DNA of 64,000 nt from Malacoraja senta (GCA_038087875.1 JAXLNO010004294.1:1-64000), one strand, 5' to 3'; shown: positions 38,231 through 50,352, counted from the stretch's first letter. The notes: generated from the letters alone by a model not told the origin. Translations and numbers: made by a program.

Positions 38231-41059
38231 TCAACATGGATGGAAACATTGAATACAAGAGGGCATAGTTTTAAGATGAATGTTTAAAGGAAATGTGCAG
38301 GGCATGTTTTTTCACAGACAGTGACGAGTGCCTGGATGGCACTGTCTGAGGTGCGGTTGAGGCTGCTTGTAAATATATTGTCTTGCCTTCAGAGGTGTTG
38401 GGTCAAAATCTTGCAAACCCCTCCAAAAAGTCTGTAACAGTCAAGTTTCTGCCTCATCTCAGTCCTTGCGATGAATCTCACACCTAAGCAATAAATTCAG
38501 GGTCATCCAGATTGCAAACACTGATGGAAACAAGCCAATTATCATTTGGTGTAACATTAAACTCACAGTTAAATATTAACAGAAAATAAATATCAGTACA
38601 TCAAGAAAGTTGATGTTTCATGCTGACTAGGGTGTGGGAATTAGATGACTCGGGAATGGAATTTAGTTTTGTCTGAATATTTAATGTACCTAGTAAATAC
38701 ACTTAAGATATCAGCAATCAAGTAATTATTATGTGTTTTCACAATCACCACAATAGATCAGTACAACACAGGAACAGGCCCTTTGGCCCACAATGTCTGT
38801 GTTGAACATGATGCCAAGACCAATCTGCCGGCACATAATATACCTCCATTCCCTGCACATCCTACAACAATAAGGGCAACATGGTGATGCAACACTGGAG
38901 TTGCTGCCTTATGTGCCACACAGCCGGGTTTGATCTTGACTATGGGTATGTAGGTTAATTGGGTTGGTATAAATGTAAACCTGTTCCAAGTGTGTGTAGG
39001 ATAGTGTTGGTGTGCGGGAATTGGTGCGGACCCTGTTTCTGCCCTGTATCTCTAAACTAAACTAAACTAAATGTGCTAACCAGTCAGTGGAAAGACAATA
39101 CATGATTACAATCGAGCCATCCATAGTGTACAGATATATGATAAAGGGAATAACGTCAATAACGTTTGGTGCAAGATAAAGGCAGTAAAGTCCGATCAAA
39201 GATTGTCCAAGGATCTCCAATGCAGGAGACAGTAGTTCAAGACTGCACCCTGGTTGTAGGTAGGATGGTTTCAGTTACCTGATAACAATTGGGAAGAGAC
39301 TGTCCCTGAATGTGGAGGTGTGAGTTTTGACAATTGGTTATATGAAGAGTAAAGTTGTTGTTATTCTGTTCAAATGAGCATTTGACGGCACTAGGCCTCT
39401 ACTCGCTGGAGTTTAGAAGGATGAGGGAAACCTCATTGAAACTTACCTGATAGTGAAAGGCCTGGATAGAGTGGATGTTGAGAGGATGTTTCCACTAGTG
39501 TCAGCATCTCACCAGAGGGCAAAGCCTCACAATTAAAGTACACTCCTTTAGGAAGGAAATGAGGAGGAATTTCTTTATTCAGAGGGTGGTGAATCTGTGG
39601 AATTCTGCCACAGAAGGCTGTGGAGGCCGTCAATGGATATTTTTTTATGGCAGAGATAGATAGATTCTTGAATAGAACGGGTGTCGGGGGTTATGGGGAG
39701 AAGGTAGGAAAATGTGGTTTGGAGGATAGGATAGATCAGCCATGATTGATGGGACGAATGGCCTAATTCTGTTCCTATCACTTATGATCTTATGAACTTA
39801 TGATTGAGTAAATAGCTGTCTGTAGTATTAACAATGACAAAACAAGTATATAGGTCAGTGTAGCATGCGAACGTCTTGGTAAAACTCATTCAAAAGTATT
39901 TTATTAAATGCTCATAATTCAGAAATGACACTGGTGGATATACAATGAAATTCTCAGTCTGTTGCACATAAAACACTTCCACAGCTATTACACCACAGCT
40001 TTGATAATGAGTATTGTTCCCAGTGCTCTGTCAGGTCAACAAAACACAGCCCCCATACGTTACCATGTTCCATAAATATTCACTGGACATGGTACTGGGA
40101 TGTTGTCTATGTGGAGTTTGCATGTTCTCCCTGTGACCACGTGGGATTTCTCCCGGTGCTCCGGTTTCCTCGCACATCTCAGTGATGTACAGGTTTGTAG
40201 GTGAGTTGGCTTTTGTAAAATTGCCCTAGTGTATGGAAAGAGGATGTGAAAGAGGGATAACAGAACTGGTGTGTTGGATGGTTGGTATCAACTCGATGAG
40301 CTGAAGGCTCAGCATCCATGCTGTATCACTCAACTAAACTAAGCAATATTATCTAAGCTGTGGTGTAGAGCGTGGTTCGTATTGAAAACAAAGATCCTTG
40401 TTGACTTGCCCATCAAATACTTGAAGCACTGAGTGAAGCATTAAATGCAAAGGCAATTACTTCTCCACTACACCATCAGGTATGTGAACAAGGAATGCAG
40501 GTTACAGTATGTGACAAAGAGAAGTGGCAAAATAACTAGGAACGAACTGCAGATGCAGGTTTAACCCGAAGATAGGCTCAAAAAGCTGGAGTGACTCAGC
40601 GGGTCAAACAGCATTTCTGGAGTCTGAACAAGGGTCTCATCCCGAAATGTCACCTATGCCTTGTATCCAGAGATGCTGACTGACCCGGTGAGTTTCTCCA
40701 ACTTTTTGTGTCTATCTCTGGCAAGATATGTATATGATGTTTGAGAGGCTTTTAGATCGACAAACTGATCTGCAGGAAATAGAGGGATATGGATCATGTT
40801 GCAGTTGGATGGGATCAGTTTAGCATCTCATCATGTTCACCACAGACATTGTGGGCCAAAGGGCCTCTTCCTGAGATGAACATTTTTATGTTTTATATAA
40901 AATAAGATTAGTAATCAGCTGTAAGCCCCCTTGAACAGACTGCATCATTCAATAACATTATGTCCAATCTGATTTTGATCAGTTTACTGCATAATTCCTG
41001 CAATTTTTGATTCATTTCTGATCTAAAATTCTCTATATCTCAACCTAGAAAATATTCAT

Positions 41060-41110
41060 TCACCTTGTCTTCACAGCTGGAATAGAAAGTTCAGGCAAAT
41101 CATACACCTC
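41060..41110 (-). CDS. Class I-like gene 1, probable exon 6 (cytoplasmic tail EVYDLPELSIPAVKTR*)
   Basis: Strong acceptor tttattttccag, phase 0 matching the TM donor, ends in TGA at 41062-41060. Short exon in unique sequence, so less certain. Confidence 0.65.
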   Translation of the reverse strand, partial: EVYDLPELSIPAVKTR

Positions 41111-41544
41111 CTGGAAAATAAATCTTCTTCGTAACTATTTTAAAGAGGGACCCAACATGGGAGGACTGCCGAGAACAAAGATAACAAAGAGGGTCCCGGG
41201 GTTGGGGGGGGAGGGGGCGCGGATAACACAGGTGAACCCAACATGGAGGGGCTGCCGAGAACAAAGAGGGACCATTGGGGACTGTAATGATTACTTTGTA
41301 ACTGTGTCGACACCCTATACATGGTGACTTGTGTATGTATACCTTGTGTATGTTATGCAAAGCAAAGAATTTCACTGTGACATGTCACATGTGATAATAA
41401 AGTATCAATCAATCAAATAGGCGACCTTTTATTCCAAAATGTGGCGCAATGTATGACTTTGGAATCACAGGGTAACTGCAGTGAAGACAGCATTTGAAAA
41501 ATTAATGGCTGAATGTAAAGTCATCAGTCAGCATTGATACAATA

Positions 41545-42030
41545 AAGAGCATAGAACAGTACAGCACAAGAACAGGCCCTTTGACCCACAATGTTTGTGC
41601 CGAACATGATGCCAAGACCAATTGTTATCTGCTTGCACATAATCCATATCCATCCATTCCCTGCATATACATGTGCCTATCTAAAAGTCTCTTAAATGCC
41701 ACTATCATATCTGCTTCCACCACCACCTCCAGCAGCACATTCCAGTCACTCACCACCCTTGGCGTAAAACACTTGTCCTGCACATCTTTTTTTAACTTTG
41801 CCACTCATTGTAAAGCAATACCTGCTCTTATTTGATATTTCCTTCCTGGGTAAAAAGTCTGATGGTCTACCCTATCTCTACTCCTCCCAGTTTGATATAT
41901 TACTGTCAGGTCTCCCCTCAATCCCCGACATTCCAGAGAAAACAATCCAACTGTCCAGTCTGTCCAACTTCTCCCTGTGGCTAATACCCCACTAATCCAG
42001 GCATCATTCCGGTAGACCTCCTCTGCATCC
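41545..42030 (+). mobile_element. CR1 3' remnant in the TM-cytoplasmic intron (CR1 sense on - strand)
   Basis: Starts with a CR1 tail complement (CATAGAACAGTACAGCACAAGAACAGGCCCTT) and matches other antisense CR1 3' ends in the window. Confidence 0.7.
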
Positions 42031-42090
42031 CAAAGGAAGCTGATTGTGCTTCATGGTCCTCTCCTGGTCTCTGCTGTTGTCAGCTGGTAC

Positions 42091-42224
42091 CTGTTCATTG
42101 AAAGGTTTTCTCTTTTTCCTCTTCTTCCAGCAACCAATTCCAAGGATGATCCCCAGGAGAATGAGAGGAACAATTACAGCTCCAGTCACGATCCTAATCT
42201 TCATATCTTCTTTCACTGCCCTCT
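42091..42224 (-). CDS. Class I-like gene 1, exon 5 (connecting peptide, transmembrane helix, basic stop-transfer)
   Basis: Acceptor caacag, phase 1 matches alpha3 donor. (E)RAVKEDMKIRIVTGAVIVPLILLGIILGIGCWKKRKKRKPFNEQ, then donor gtacca (phase 0). Within ORF 42004..42279. Confidence 0.85.
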
Positions 42225-42237
42225 CTGTTGGCATATA

Positions 42238-44215
42238 CAGTGGCTTGCAAAAGTATTCATACCCCTTGAACTTTTCCACATTTTGTCACGTTACAACCAC
42301 AAGCGTAAATGTATTTTATTGGGATTTTATGTGATAGACCAACATAAAGTGGCACATAATTGTGAAGTGGAAGGAAAATTATACATGGTTTTCAAATTTT
42401 TTTACAAATAAAAAACTGAAAAGTGTCGCGTGCGAAAATATTCAGCCCCCTTTACTCTGATACCCCTAAATAAAATCCAGTGCAACCAATTGCCTTCAGA
42501 AGTCACCTTATTAGTAAATAGAGTCCACTTGTGTGTAATCTCGGGACGACAGATGGCGCAATGGGCTAAGTGTTCGGCTGGCAACCGGAAGGTAGCCGGT
42601 TCGAATCCCGCTTGGAGTGCATACTGTCGTTGTGTCCTTGGGCAAGACACTTCACCCACCTTTGCCTGCGTGTGAATGTGTGTGAATGTGTGTGAGTGAT
42701 TGGTGGTGGTCGGAGGGGCGGTAGGCGCAGATTAGCAGCCACGCTTCCGTCAGTCTGCCCCAGGGCAGCTGTGGCTACAGAAGTAGCTCACCACCACCGA
42801 GTGTGACTGAGGAGTGAATGAATAATGCGATGTAAAGCGCCGAGTATTAGAAAGGCGCTATATAAATCCCATCCATTATTATTATTATTATTATTAATCT
42901 AATCTCAGTATAAATACAGCTGTTCTGTGAAGGCCTCAGAGGTTTGTTAGAGAACATTAGTGAACAAACAACATCATGAAGCCAAAGGAACACACCAGAC
43001 AGGTCAGGGATAAAGTTGTGGAGAAGTTTAAAACAGGGTTAGGTTATAAATAAATATCCCAAGCTTTGAACATCTCACGGAGCACTGTTCAATCCATCAT
43101 CCGAAAATGGAAAGAGTATGGCACAACTGCAAACCTACCAAGACATGGCCGTCCACCTAAACTGACAGGCCGGGCAAGGAGAGCATTGATCAGAGAAGCA
43201 GCCAAGAGGCCCATGGTAACTCTGGAGGAGCTGCAGAGATCCACAGCTCAGGTGGGAGAATCTGTCCACAGGAAAACTATTAGTCGTGCACTCCACAAAT
43301 CGGGCCTTTATGGAAGAGTGGCAAGAAGAAAGCCATTGTTGAAAAAAGCCCATAAGAAGTCCCGTTTGCAGTTTGCCACAAGCCATGTGGGGGACACAGC
43401 AAACATGTGGAGGAAGGTGCTCTGGTCAGATGAGACCAAAATTGAAGTTTTTGGCCTAAATGCAAAACGCTATGTGTGGCGGAAACCTAACACTGCACAT
43501 CACCCTGAACACACCATCCCCACTGTGAAACATGGTGGTGGCAGCATTATGCTGTGGGGATGCTTTTCTTCAGCAGGGACAGGGAAGCTGGTCAGAGTTG
43601 ATGGGGGAAGATGGATGGAGCCAAATACAGGGCAATCTTGGAAGAAAACCTGTTAGAGTCTGCAAAAGACTTGAGACCGGGGCGGAAGTTCACCTTCCAG
43701 CAGGACAACGACCCTAAACATACAGCCAGAGCTACAATGGAATGGTTTAGATCAAAGCGTATTCATGTGTTAGAATGGCCCAGTCAAAGTCCAGACCTAA
43801 ATCCAATTGAGAATCTCTGGCAAGACTTGAAAATTGCTGTTCACAGATGCTCTCCATCCAATCTGACTGAGCTTGAGCTATTTTGCAAAGAAGAATGGGC
43901 AAAAATTTCAGTCTCTAGATGTGCAAAGCTGGTAGAGATATACCCCAAAAGACTTGCAGCTGTAATTGCAGCAAAAGGTGGTTCTACAAAGTATTGACTC
44001 AGGGGGGCTGAATACTTTTGCACGCGACACTTTTCAGTTTTTTATTTGTAACAAAATTTGAAAACCATGTATCATTTTCCTTCCACTTCTCAATTATGCA
44101 CCACTTTGTGTTGGTCTATCACATAAAATCCCAATAAAATACATTTACGTTTGTGGTTGTAACGTGACAAAATGTGGAAAAGTTCAAGGGGTATGAAAAC
44201 TTTTGCAAGCCACTG
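42238..44215 (+). mobile_element. Tc1 (Passport-like) transposon, second copy, with nested SINE
   Basis: TA flanks at 42236-37 and 44216-17, same TIRs. ATG at about 42976, early TAA, +1 frameshift near 43605, ORFs 43066..43656 and 43611..43997; 34 residues between the D of QQD and the E of PIE. Confidence 0.97.
42542..42894 (+). mobile_element. tRNA-derived SINE with CORE-like segment, L2-type 3' end and (TTA)n tail; AFC-like
   Basis: A/B boxes (TGGCGCAATGG; GGTTCGAATCCC), GTTGTGTCCTTGGGCAAGACACTT, TGTAAAGCGC...AAAGGCGCTATATAAAT, TTA repeats. TSD taatct at 42536-41 and 42895-900; absent from the Tc1 copy at 21919. Confidence 0.9.
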
Positions 44216-45363
44216 TATAGTGCATTTTAAACATTTAGTGATCAATAACAACATTGTAATGATTTTATTATCTAAATTAAAGTAGCACTGTTCATATCTA
44301 ATTAAAAAGTAATAACGTTTTAGATTTAAGTATTTATACAGAGGATGGATGTGCTTAAAATGATCAATGAAAAATCATTAAGTTCATATTAGCATTGAGG
44401 TATTGAGATTTTATCTGCAGCATTTAATTAAGAATTTAAAGAATCAAGTACGTCAGAAATATATGACTATTTACAGTGTAGAGGTCAACAAGGCCATTTT
44501 CTTATGTTGATTGTTATTATAGCAAATAAAAGTGAACCCATTTATAGTTGATAAAACTTCAAAGGTTTTAATCTTTGCTGATATTTCAATGATATCTGAG
44601 TTTAATTTTCTCACATACACATGCTCTCTCTTTCTCTCTCTCTCCCCCTCACTGTCTCACACACATGAGCCCACACACACACACACACACATAGGCACAC
44701 ACAGACATTAACACTACTGTCTATTTGTACTGACCAGCAATCTTAACCATGTCAGCTTGGCCCTGGTGTGAAGATCTTTGCAGAGGTCTTGTCTGGAACA
44801 AATAAGTCAGCTACAGAACAGGTGCTGCTACTTCAGCCTGATAATATGGCACCACTATTGGTCTTTTGTGTAACTAGCTACTATCAGAAAATTAGCTAGA
44901 TGCCCAAGGAAGAAGATAAGAGACCTTGTCCAGGATCAGCCTATCTTGCTTCCACTGTTCCTACATTTGGATGGGTGAGTTAAGGGTGACATAAGAATAA
45001 TTTTGACCATAAGATATTGGAGCGGAATTATGCCTTTCAAGTCCATTGAGTCTACTCCACCATTCAGTCATAGCAGATCTATTTTTTACCGCTAAATCCC
45101 ATTCTCTAGCCTTCTCCCTGTAACCTTTGTCACCCGTACTCATCAAGAACCTATCAATCTCTGCTTGAAAAATATGCAATGACTTGACCCACACAGCTGT
45201 TTGTATCAATGAATTCCACAGATTCACCACCCTGTGACTAAAGAGATTCCTCCTCATCTCCATATTGAAGGTAGGTATTTTTATTGTGAGGCTGTGCTAG
45301 ACTCTCCCATTACTGAAAACTTCCTTTCCCATCAACTAACCAGGCATTTCATTATCTGGTAGG

Positions 45364-47156
45364 CAGGGCCGGATTTACATATAAGATGGACAAGCTTCAG
45401 TTTAGGGCCTGGAGATCTAGGAGGGGCTCGCAGAGCCGGATTTACCACTAGGCTTCATAGGCTGAAGCCTGGGGCCCTGAAATATAGGGGGCCTCCGGCC
45501 AAGGCAGGACACCAGCCGTTCAACTCTGGGCGGGGCGGCCCCCCTCTCTATCTCTATCTCCGTCTGTCACTCTCCGTGTCCGGGTCTCCGTTCTCCGCTC
45601 GCTCCTCATCCGCCAGCACGGCCGGCCGCCTTGCACATGCACACTGCTACGGCCAGCACGTCCTCCCCTGCACATGCGCACAACCACAGCCCGCACGTCA
45701 TCGGCCGCCCTGCGCATGCGCACTGCCACGGCAACTGGTCGGCGCTGGGCACTTTCTCCCTCGCTTTGAATTGTGGGAGATTTGGCCGCCATTGCTGCCT
45801 TGCCGCAACCGCTGAAAACTAACACAGAATCACTCCCTGACCCTGGATCAGGAGTATCTCCCTGGAGTAACTCTCGCTTCTGGTTTCCTGATCCTCCATA
45901 AATATTCTAAAAGGAATTTAAACTGGAGGTGGTAGAGGGCTGAACAATAACAGCCTATTGCATTTTATCTGTTTATTTATTGTGTATATATATGGTCTAT
46001 GGTATATAAACACACTGAACTTTTATCTCCTGTTCTGTATTATGTTCACATATTATGTTGTGCTGCAGCAAGCAAGAATTTCATTGTCCTATCTGGGACA
46101 CATGACAATAAAACTCTCTTGACTCTTGACTTGGACTTAAGCAAAAAAGGGTTCTTGGGGAAAAAAGAGGTACCTTAAATTTAGTTGCGTCTGGTTGGGT
46201 AACTATGGTAGGGTGAAGACTATTCCATGCTTTAATTGTGCGGGGGAACTCCATGGAGCAGCCAGCAACTCAGGATAGAAGAAATTGGGTGACGTTTCGG
46301 GTAGAAACACTTCTTTAGACTCCCTCTGGTTTTAGTGTCTTTAGCTTAATTTGAAGATACAGTGTGGAAACAGGCCCTTCAGCCCTCCGAGTCCACGCCG
46401 ACTATTGATCACCCGTACACTAGTTCTTTCCCACACATTAGCGAAGTAAGTCAAGAGTCAAGAGTTTATTCTCTCACGTCCCAGTTAGAACAATGAAATC
46501 CTTACTTGCAGCAGCACAACAGAATATGTAAACATAGTACTCTGTAAACAATGTTATAAACGAGAAAACAAAACGGTGTTTATTTATAGCTGTGGTGGAG
46601 ACAATCGCTGCTGCTACCCGACCCCCGGAGATTCGGAGGCTACAACCGCGGGTCTGGCGGACGGCAACACCGGAAGCCCGTGGGTCCCCTGGTGGGACAC
46701 CGCTTTTCGGGGCATCCGCAGCGGCGACTTCTCCCGCCCGAGTTGCGGGGTTGAAGAGCACCTGGAGGGGGGCTTTACATCACCGCCCCGCGCGGCTTGG
46801 AATGGCCGCCGGACTTTGCGAGCGCGCGCCGGGGCTCTAACACCAAGACGCGGTGCGCGACCCTGCATTAACCGGCGTGGCTTTAATGGCCGCGGGATAA
46901 TCACCATCGCCCGCCGGGGGCTTTGACTTTGACTCTGACATCGGGGGGGTGGGGGGGGGGGAGTGCAGTGGAGAGATACGTTTTTTTGCCTTCCATCACA
47001 GCGCTGTGATGGATGTATGTGTAAATTGTGTTGTGTCTCGGGTCTTCTTCGTTTTGTAATGTATGGCTGCAGAAACGACATTTCGTTTGGACCTCAACGG
47101 GGTCCAAATGACAAATTTGTCCAAAAGACAAATAAAATTGTATTGTAATTGTATTG

Positions 47157-47188
<32 letters not shown>

Positions 47189-48885
47189 CATAGTATATAT
47201 ACCCACACGCACACACACACAATTTCCCTCCTGGGATTAATAAAGTTCTATCGTATAGTATCGTGTGTGTAGGAAGGAACTGCAGATGCTGGTTTAAACT
47301 GAAGATAGACACACAAAGCTGGAGTAACTCAACAGGTCAGACAGAATCTCTGGACAAAAGGGAAATATTACGTTTAGGGTTGGTTCTGAAATAGGTTCCT
47401 GCACACCTTTGGAATGTGGAAGGAAACAAGAGCACCCGAAGAAAACCCATGCGATCAAAGTGAAAAGGAGCAAACTCCAAACAGACAACACCCATATTCA
47501 GGATCAATTCCAGGTCTCTGGCACTTTTAGGCAGCAACCTTATGGCCAATGTACAGCCCCATTGTCTTGAACTTAATTAAAACGCCAAGTGTAGCATTTC
47601 CTGCAGTCGCAATGGAAAGTGCCAGGAGAGGGGGTGGTTTGGGTGGGAAGGGACGAATTGACCAGGGAGTTACGGAGGGAGCGGTCTCTATGGAAAGCCA
47701 ACAGGGGAGGAGATGGGAAGATGTGGCCAGTTGTGGGATCCCATTGGTAGACAAAAAAGCTGTAGAAAATCAGCGGGTGAGGCAGCACCTGTGGAGCGAA
47801 GGAATAGACGATGTTTCGGGTCGAGACCCTTCTTCAGATTGATGTCGGGGGGGGGGGGGGAATGACATGAAAAATAAAGGAAGAGACGGAGACAGTAGGC
47901 TGTGGGAGAGCTGGGAATGGGAGGGGAAGGAGGGAGAAAGCAAGGACTACCTGAAATTAGAGAAGCCTATGTGCATAGCGCTGGGGTGTAAACTACCCAA
48001 GCAAATATGAGGTGCTGCCCCTCCAATATGCGGTGGGCCTCACTCTGGCCATGGAGGAGGCCCAGGACAGAAAGGTCAGATTCGGAATGGGAGGGGGAGT
48101 TGAAGTGCTGAGCCACCGGGAGATCAGGTTGGTTATTGCGAACTGAGTGGAGGTGTTGTGCGAAGCAATCGCCAAGCCTGCACTTGGTCTCACCGAGGTT
48201 GATCATACGCTGAATAATCCAACCACATTTTTTTTTGGAAGTGGAAAGAAATAATAGAAATTGCATTCATTGCAACGTGTAAAAAGAGTTAAGATACAGT
48301 ATTATAATTGTGCTGCATGTCATTGTGGTATATATCATGTCCTGATTGGTGAATATGTTTAGTTTGTGGCTTTATTTGAAGCAGAAATAATATGTGAATG
48401 CTTCATTGAGCATAATTCTGACTGGTCGTGTGAGCACATTATCGCACGTGTCATGCAAGCCATCTTAAATAACCACCTAAACTGTCATTTGGCAACTTAA
48501 AAAGCTACCAAGGTTGCCCGGCTGACAACAGAGAAAAAAAATTAAGTGAGAGCCCTGCAAGGTGTATAATATTTTTGACACTGTCATAGGCCTTTCTTAC
48601 ATATGCTGTCACAACGCACTGTAGTCTCTAAACAACACTTCAGTAATTTTCCTTGCCCTCCATTTCAGAATAATAGTGTTTTAAGCCAATAACTCGACAC
48701 TAGCAGTGGCAATAAATAAATAAATAAAGCCCAGCTTTCCAGCCCCTTATCTCATTGGCCACGCTCGGCTGCAAATCGGTGTCAATCTGGTGGACCATCT
48801 TCCTCTGGTCGTGGGGGTGGGGGATTGGGGGGGGGCCTCACAAGTGGAACAGCTTAGGGCCTCTCTTCATCTAAATCCGGCCCTG
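45364..48885. mobile_element. Non-autonomous hAT-type DNA transposon with nested insertions
   Basis: 14-bp TIR CAGGGCCGGATTTA / TAAATCCGGCCCTG; exact 8-bp TSD CTGGTAGG at 45356-63 and 48886-93; splits a CR1 fragment; no transposase ORF seen. Confidence 0.92.
47575..48200 (-). mobile_element. Rearranged Penelope-like fragments nested inside the hAT element
   Basis: ORF 47967..48266 contains GETKCRLGDCFAQHL...VAQHFNSPSHSESDLSVLGLL. Confidence 0.8.
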
Positions 48886-49339
48886 CTGGTAGGTTTCAAT
48901 GAGATTCCCACCTCATCCTTCTAAATCCCATGAGCACAGGCACAGAGACTTCAAACACTCCTCATACGTTAAATCAATCATCCCCAGGACATACATCCTC
49001 TCGACCCTCTCCAAAGCCAGCACATCCTTTCTAATATGGAGCCCAAAACTGCTCACAATATTCCAAATGTGTCTTCACCAGTGCCCGATAAATCCTCAGC
49101 ATTATATCATTGTTTTTATATTCTACGCCCCCCGAAATGAATGCTGGCATTGCATTTGCCTTACTTACCACTGACTCAATCTGCAAATGAACTATTTGGG
49201 AATCCTGCACTAGTACTCCCACTTTGTAGCTCAGGTTTCTCAATTCTCTCCCCATTTAGAAAATAGTCTATGTCTTTATTCCGACTGCCAAAATGTAAAA
49301 CCAGACACTTGCTACACTGTATTCCATTTGGCTCTGCTT

Positions 49340-49985
49340 TGCCCACTCGGTGGAACTGCTGCCTTACAGCGCCAGAGACCCGGTTCAATTCTGACTACGG
49401 GTCCCGTCTGTACAGAGTTTTGTACCTTCTCCCCGGGACTTGCGTGGGTTTTGCCTGGATCTCCGGTTTCCTCACTCAGTCCAAAGACATACAGGTTTGT
49501 AGGTTAATTGGCTTGGTATTATTGTAAATTGTCCCCTAATAAGTAAGATAATGTAAGTGTGCAGGGATCGCTGGTTGACGCAGACTCGGTGGGCTGAAGG
49601 GCCGGTTTCTGCGCTGTATCTCTTAAACTAAAACCACATTCCATTGACTATCAATAATTATGAGCAATTAGATAACCACAAATTAATAATGGGTGGCACA
49701 GTGGCGTAGCGGTAGAGCTGCTGCCTTACTGCACCAGAGACCTGGGTTTGATCCTGACTACAGGTGCTGTCTGCAAGGACATTGTATGTTCTCCCTGTGA
49801 CTGCGTGGGTTTCCTCCCACACTACAAAGACATACAGGTTTGTAGGTTACTTGGCTTAGGTAAAATTGTAAATTGTCCGTACTGTGTAGGTTAGTGTAAA
49901 TGTATGGGTTGATCACTATTCAGCGAGGACTCAGTGAGCTGAGGGGCCTGTATCTGCAGCATATCTCTAAAGCCTAAAGTCTAAA
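49340..49985 (+). mobile_element. Two tandem HE1-type V-SINEs just downstream of the alpha3 exon
   Basis: Copies at about 49340-49635 and 49691-49985. Confidence 0.85.
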
Positions 49986-50079
49986 TCCACAGCTTAGTTA
50001 AGAGTGTGAGTTGAGACTGTTATCTCAGTCCAGGAGGTTTATGGTCTCAAGTGATCAGCCTCATTGACTTGCCACTTAC

Positions 50080-50352
50080 CCTGTGGAACATTGACTCCCT
50101 GCAGCAGAGTTGCATGTTCGATGTAACAGGAGAATTTTGCCACATCTTCTCTATTCAGTTGAATTGTATTCTTCAGCTGGTAAGTCCCATCCCAATTGGG
50201 CAACAGATCACTGGATTCAGACTCATGGACCCCCTCACCATCTCTCAGCCACGTTACATCGATGGCCCGTGGCTAGAAGCCTGTGACAAGGCAGGAGAGT
50301 CTCAGTGATTGCGACCCATCACGTTTAATCCCAATAAACACCTCAGGGGTTT
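50080..50352 (-). pseudogene. Class I-like gene 1, exon 4 (alpha3, Ig C1-set) with in-frame TAG
   Basis: Acceptor ttgcag, donor gtaagt, 273 nt: (E)TPEVFIGIKRDGSQSLRLSCLVTGF*PRAIDVTWLRDGEGVHESESSDLLPNWDGTYQLKNTIQLNREDVAKFSCYIEHATLLQGVNVPQ. Stop at 50273-50275. Confidence 0.95.

Larger units (their letters stand above)
44950..49340 (-). mobile_element. CR1 3' fragment split by the hAT insertion (pieces about 44950-45363 and 48886-49340)
   Basis: ORFs 44961..45263 (RRNLFSHRVVNLWNSL) and 49031..49255 (LVKTHLEYCEQFWAPY); sequence is contiguous across the TSD. Confidence 0.85.

Noticed and set aside
42542-42615. tRNA-like sequence with A and B boxes
   Set aside because: It is the head of a TSD-flanked SINE, not a tRNA gene; the same applies to the V-SINE heads.
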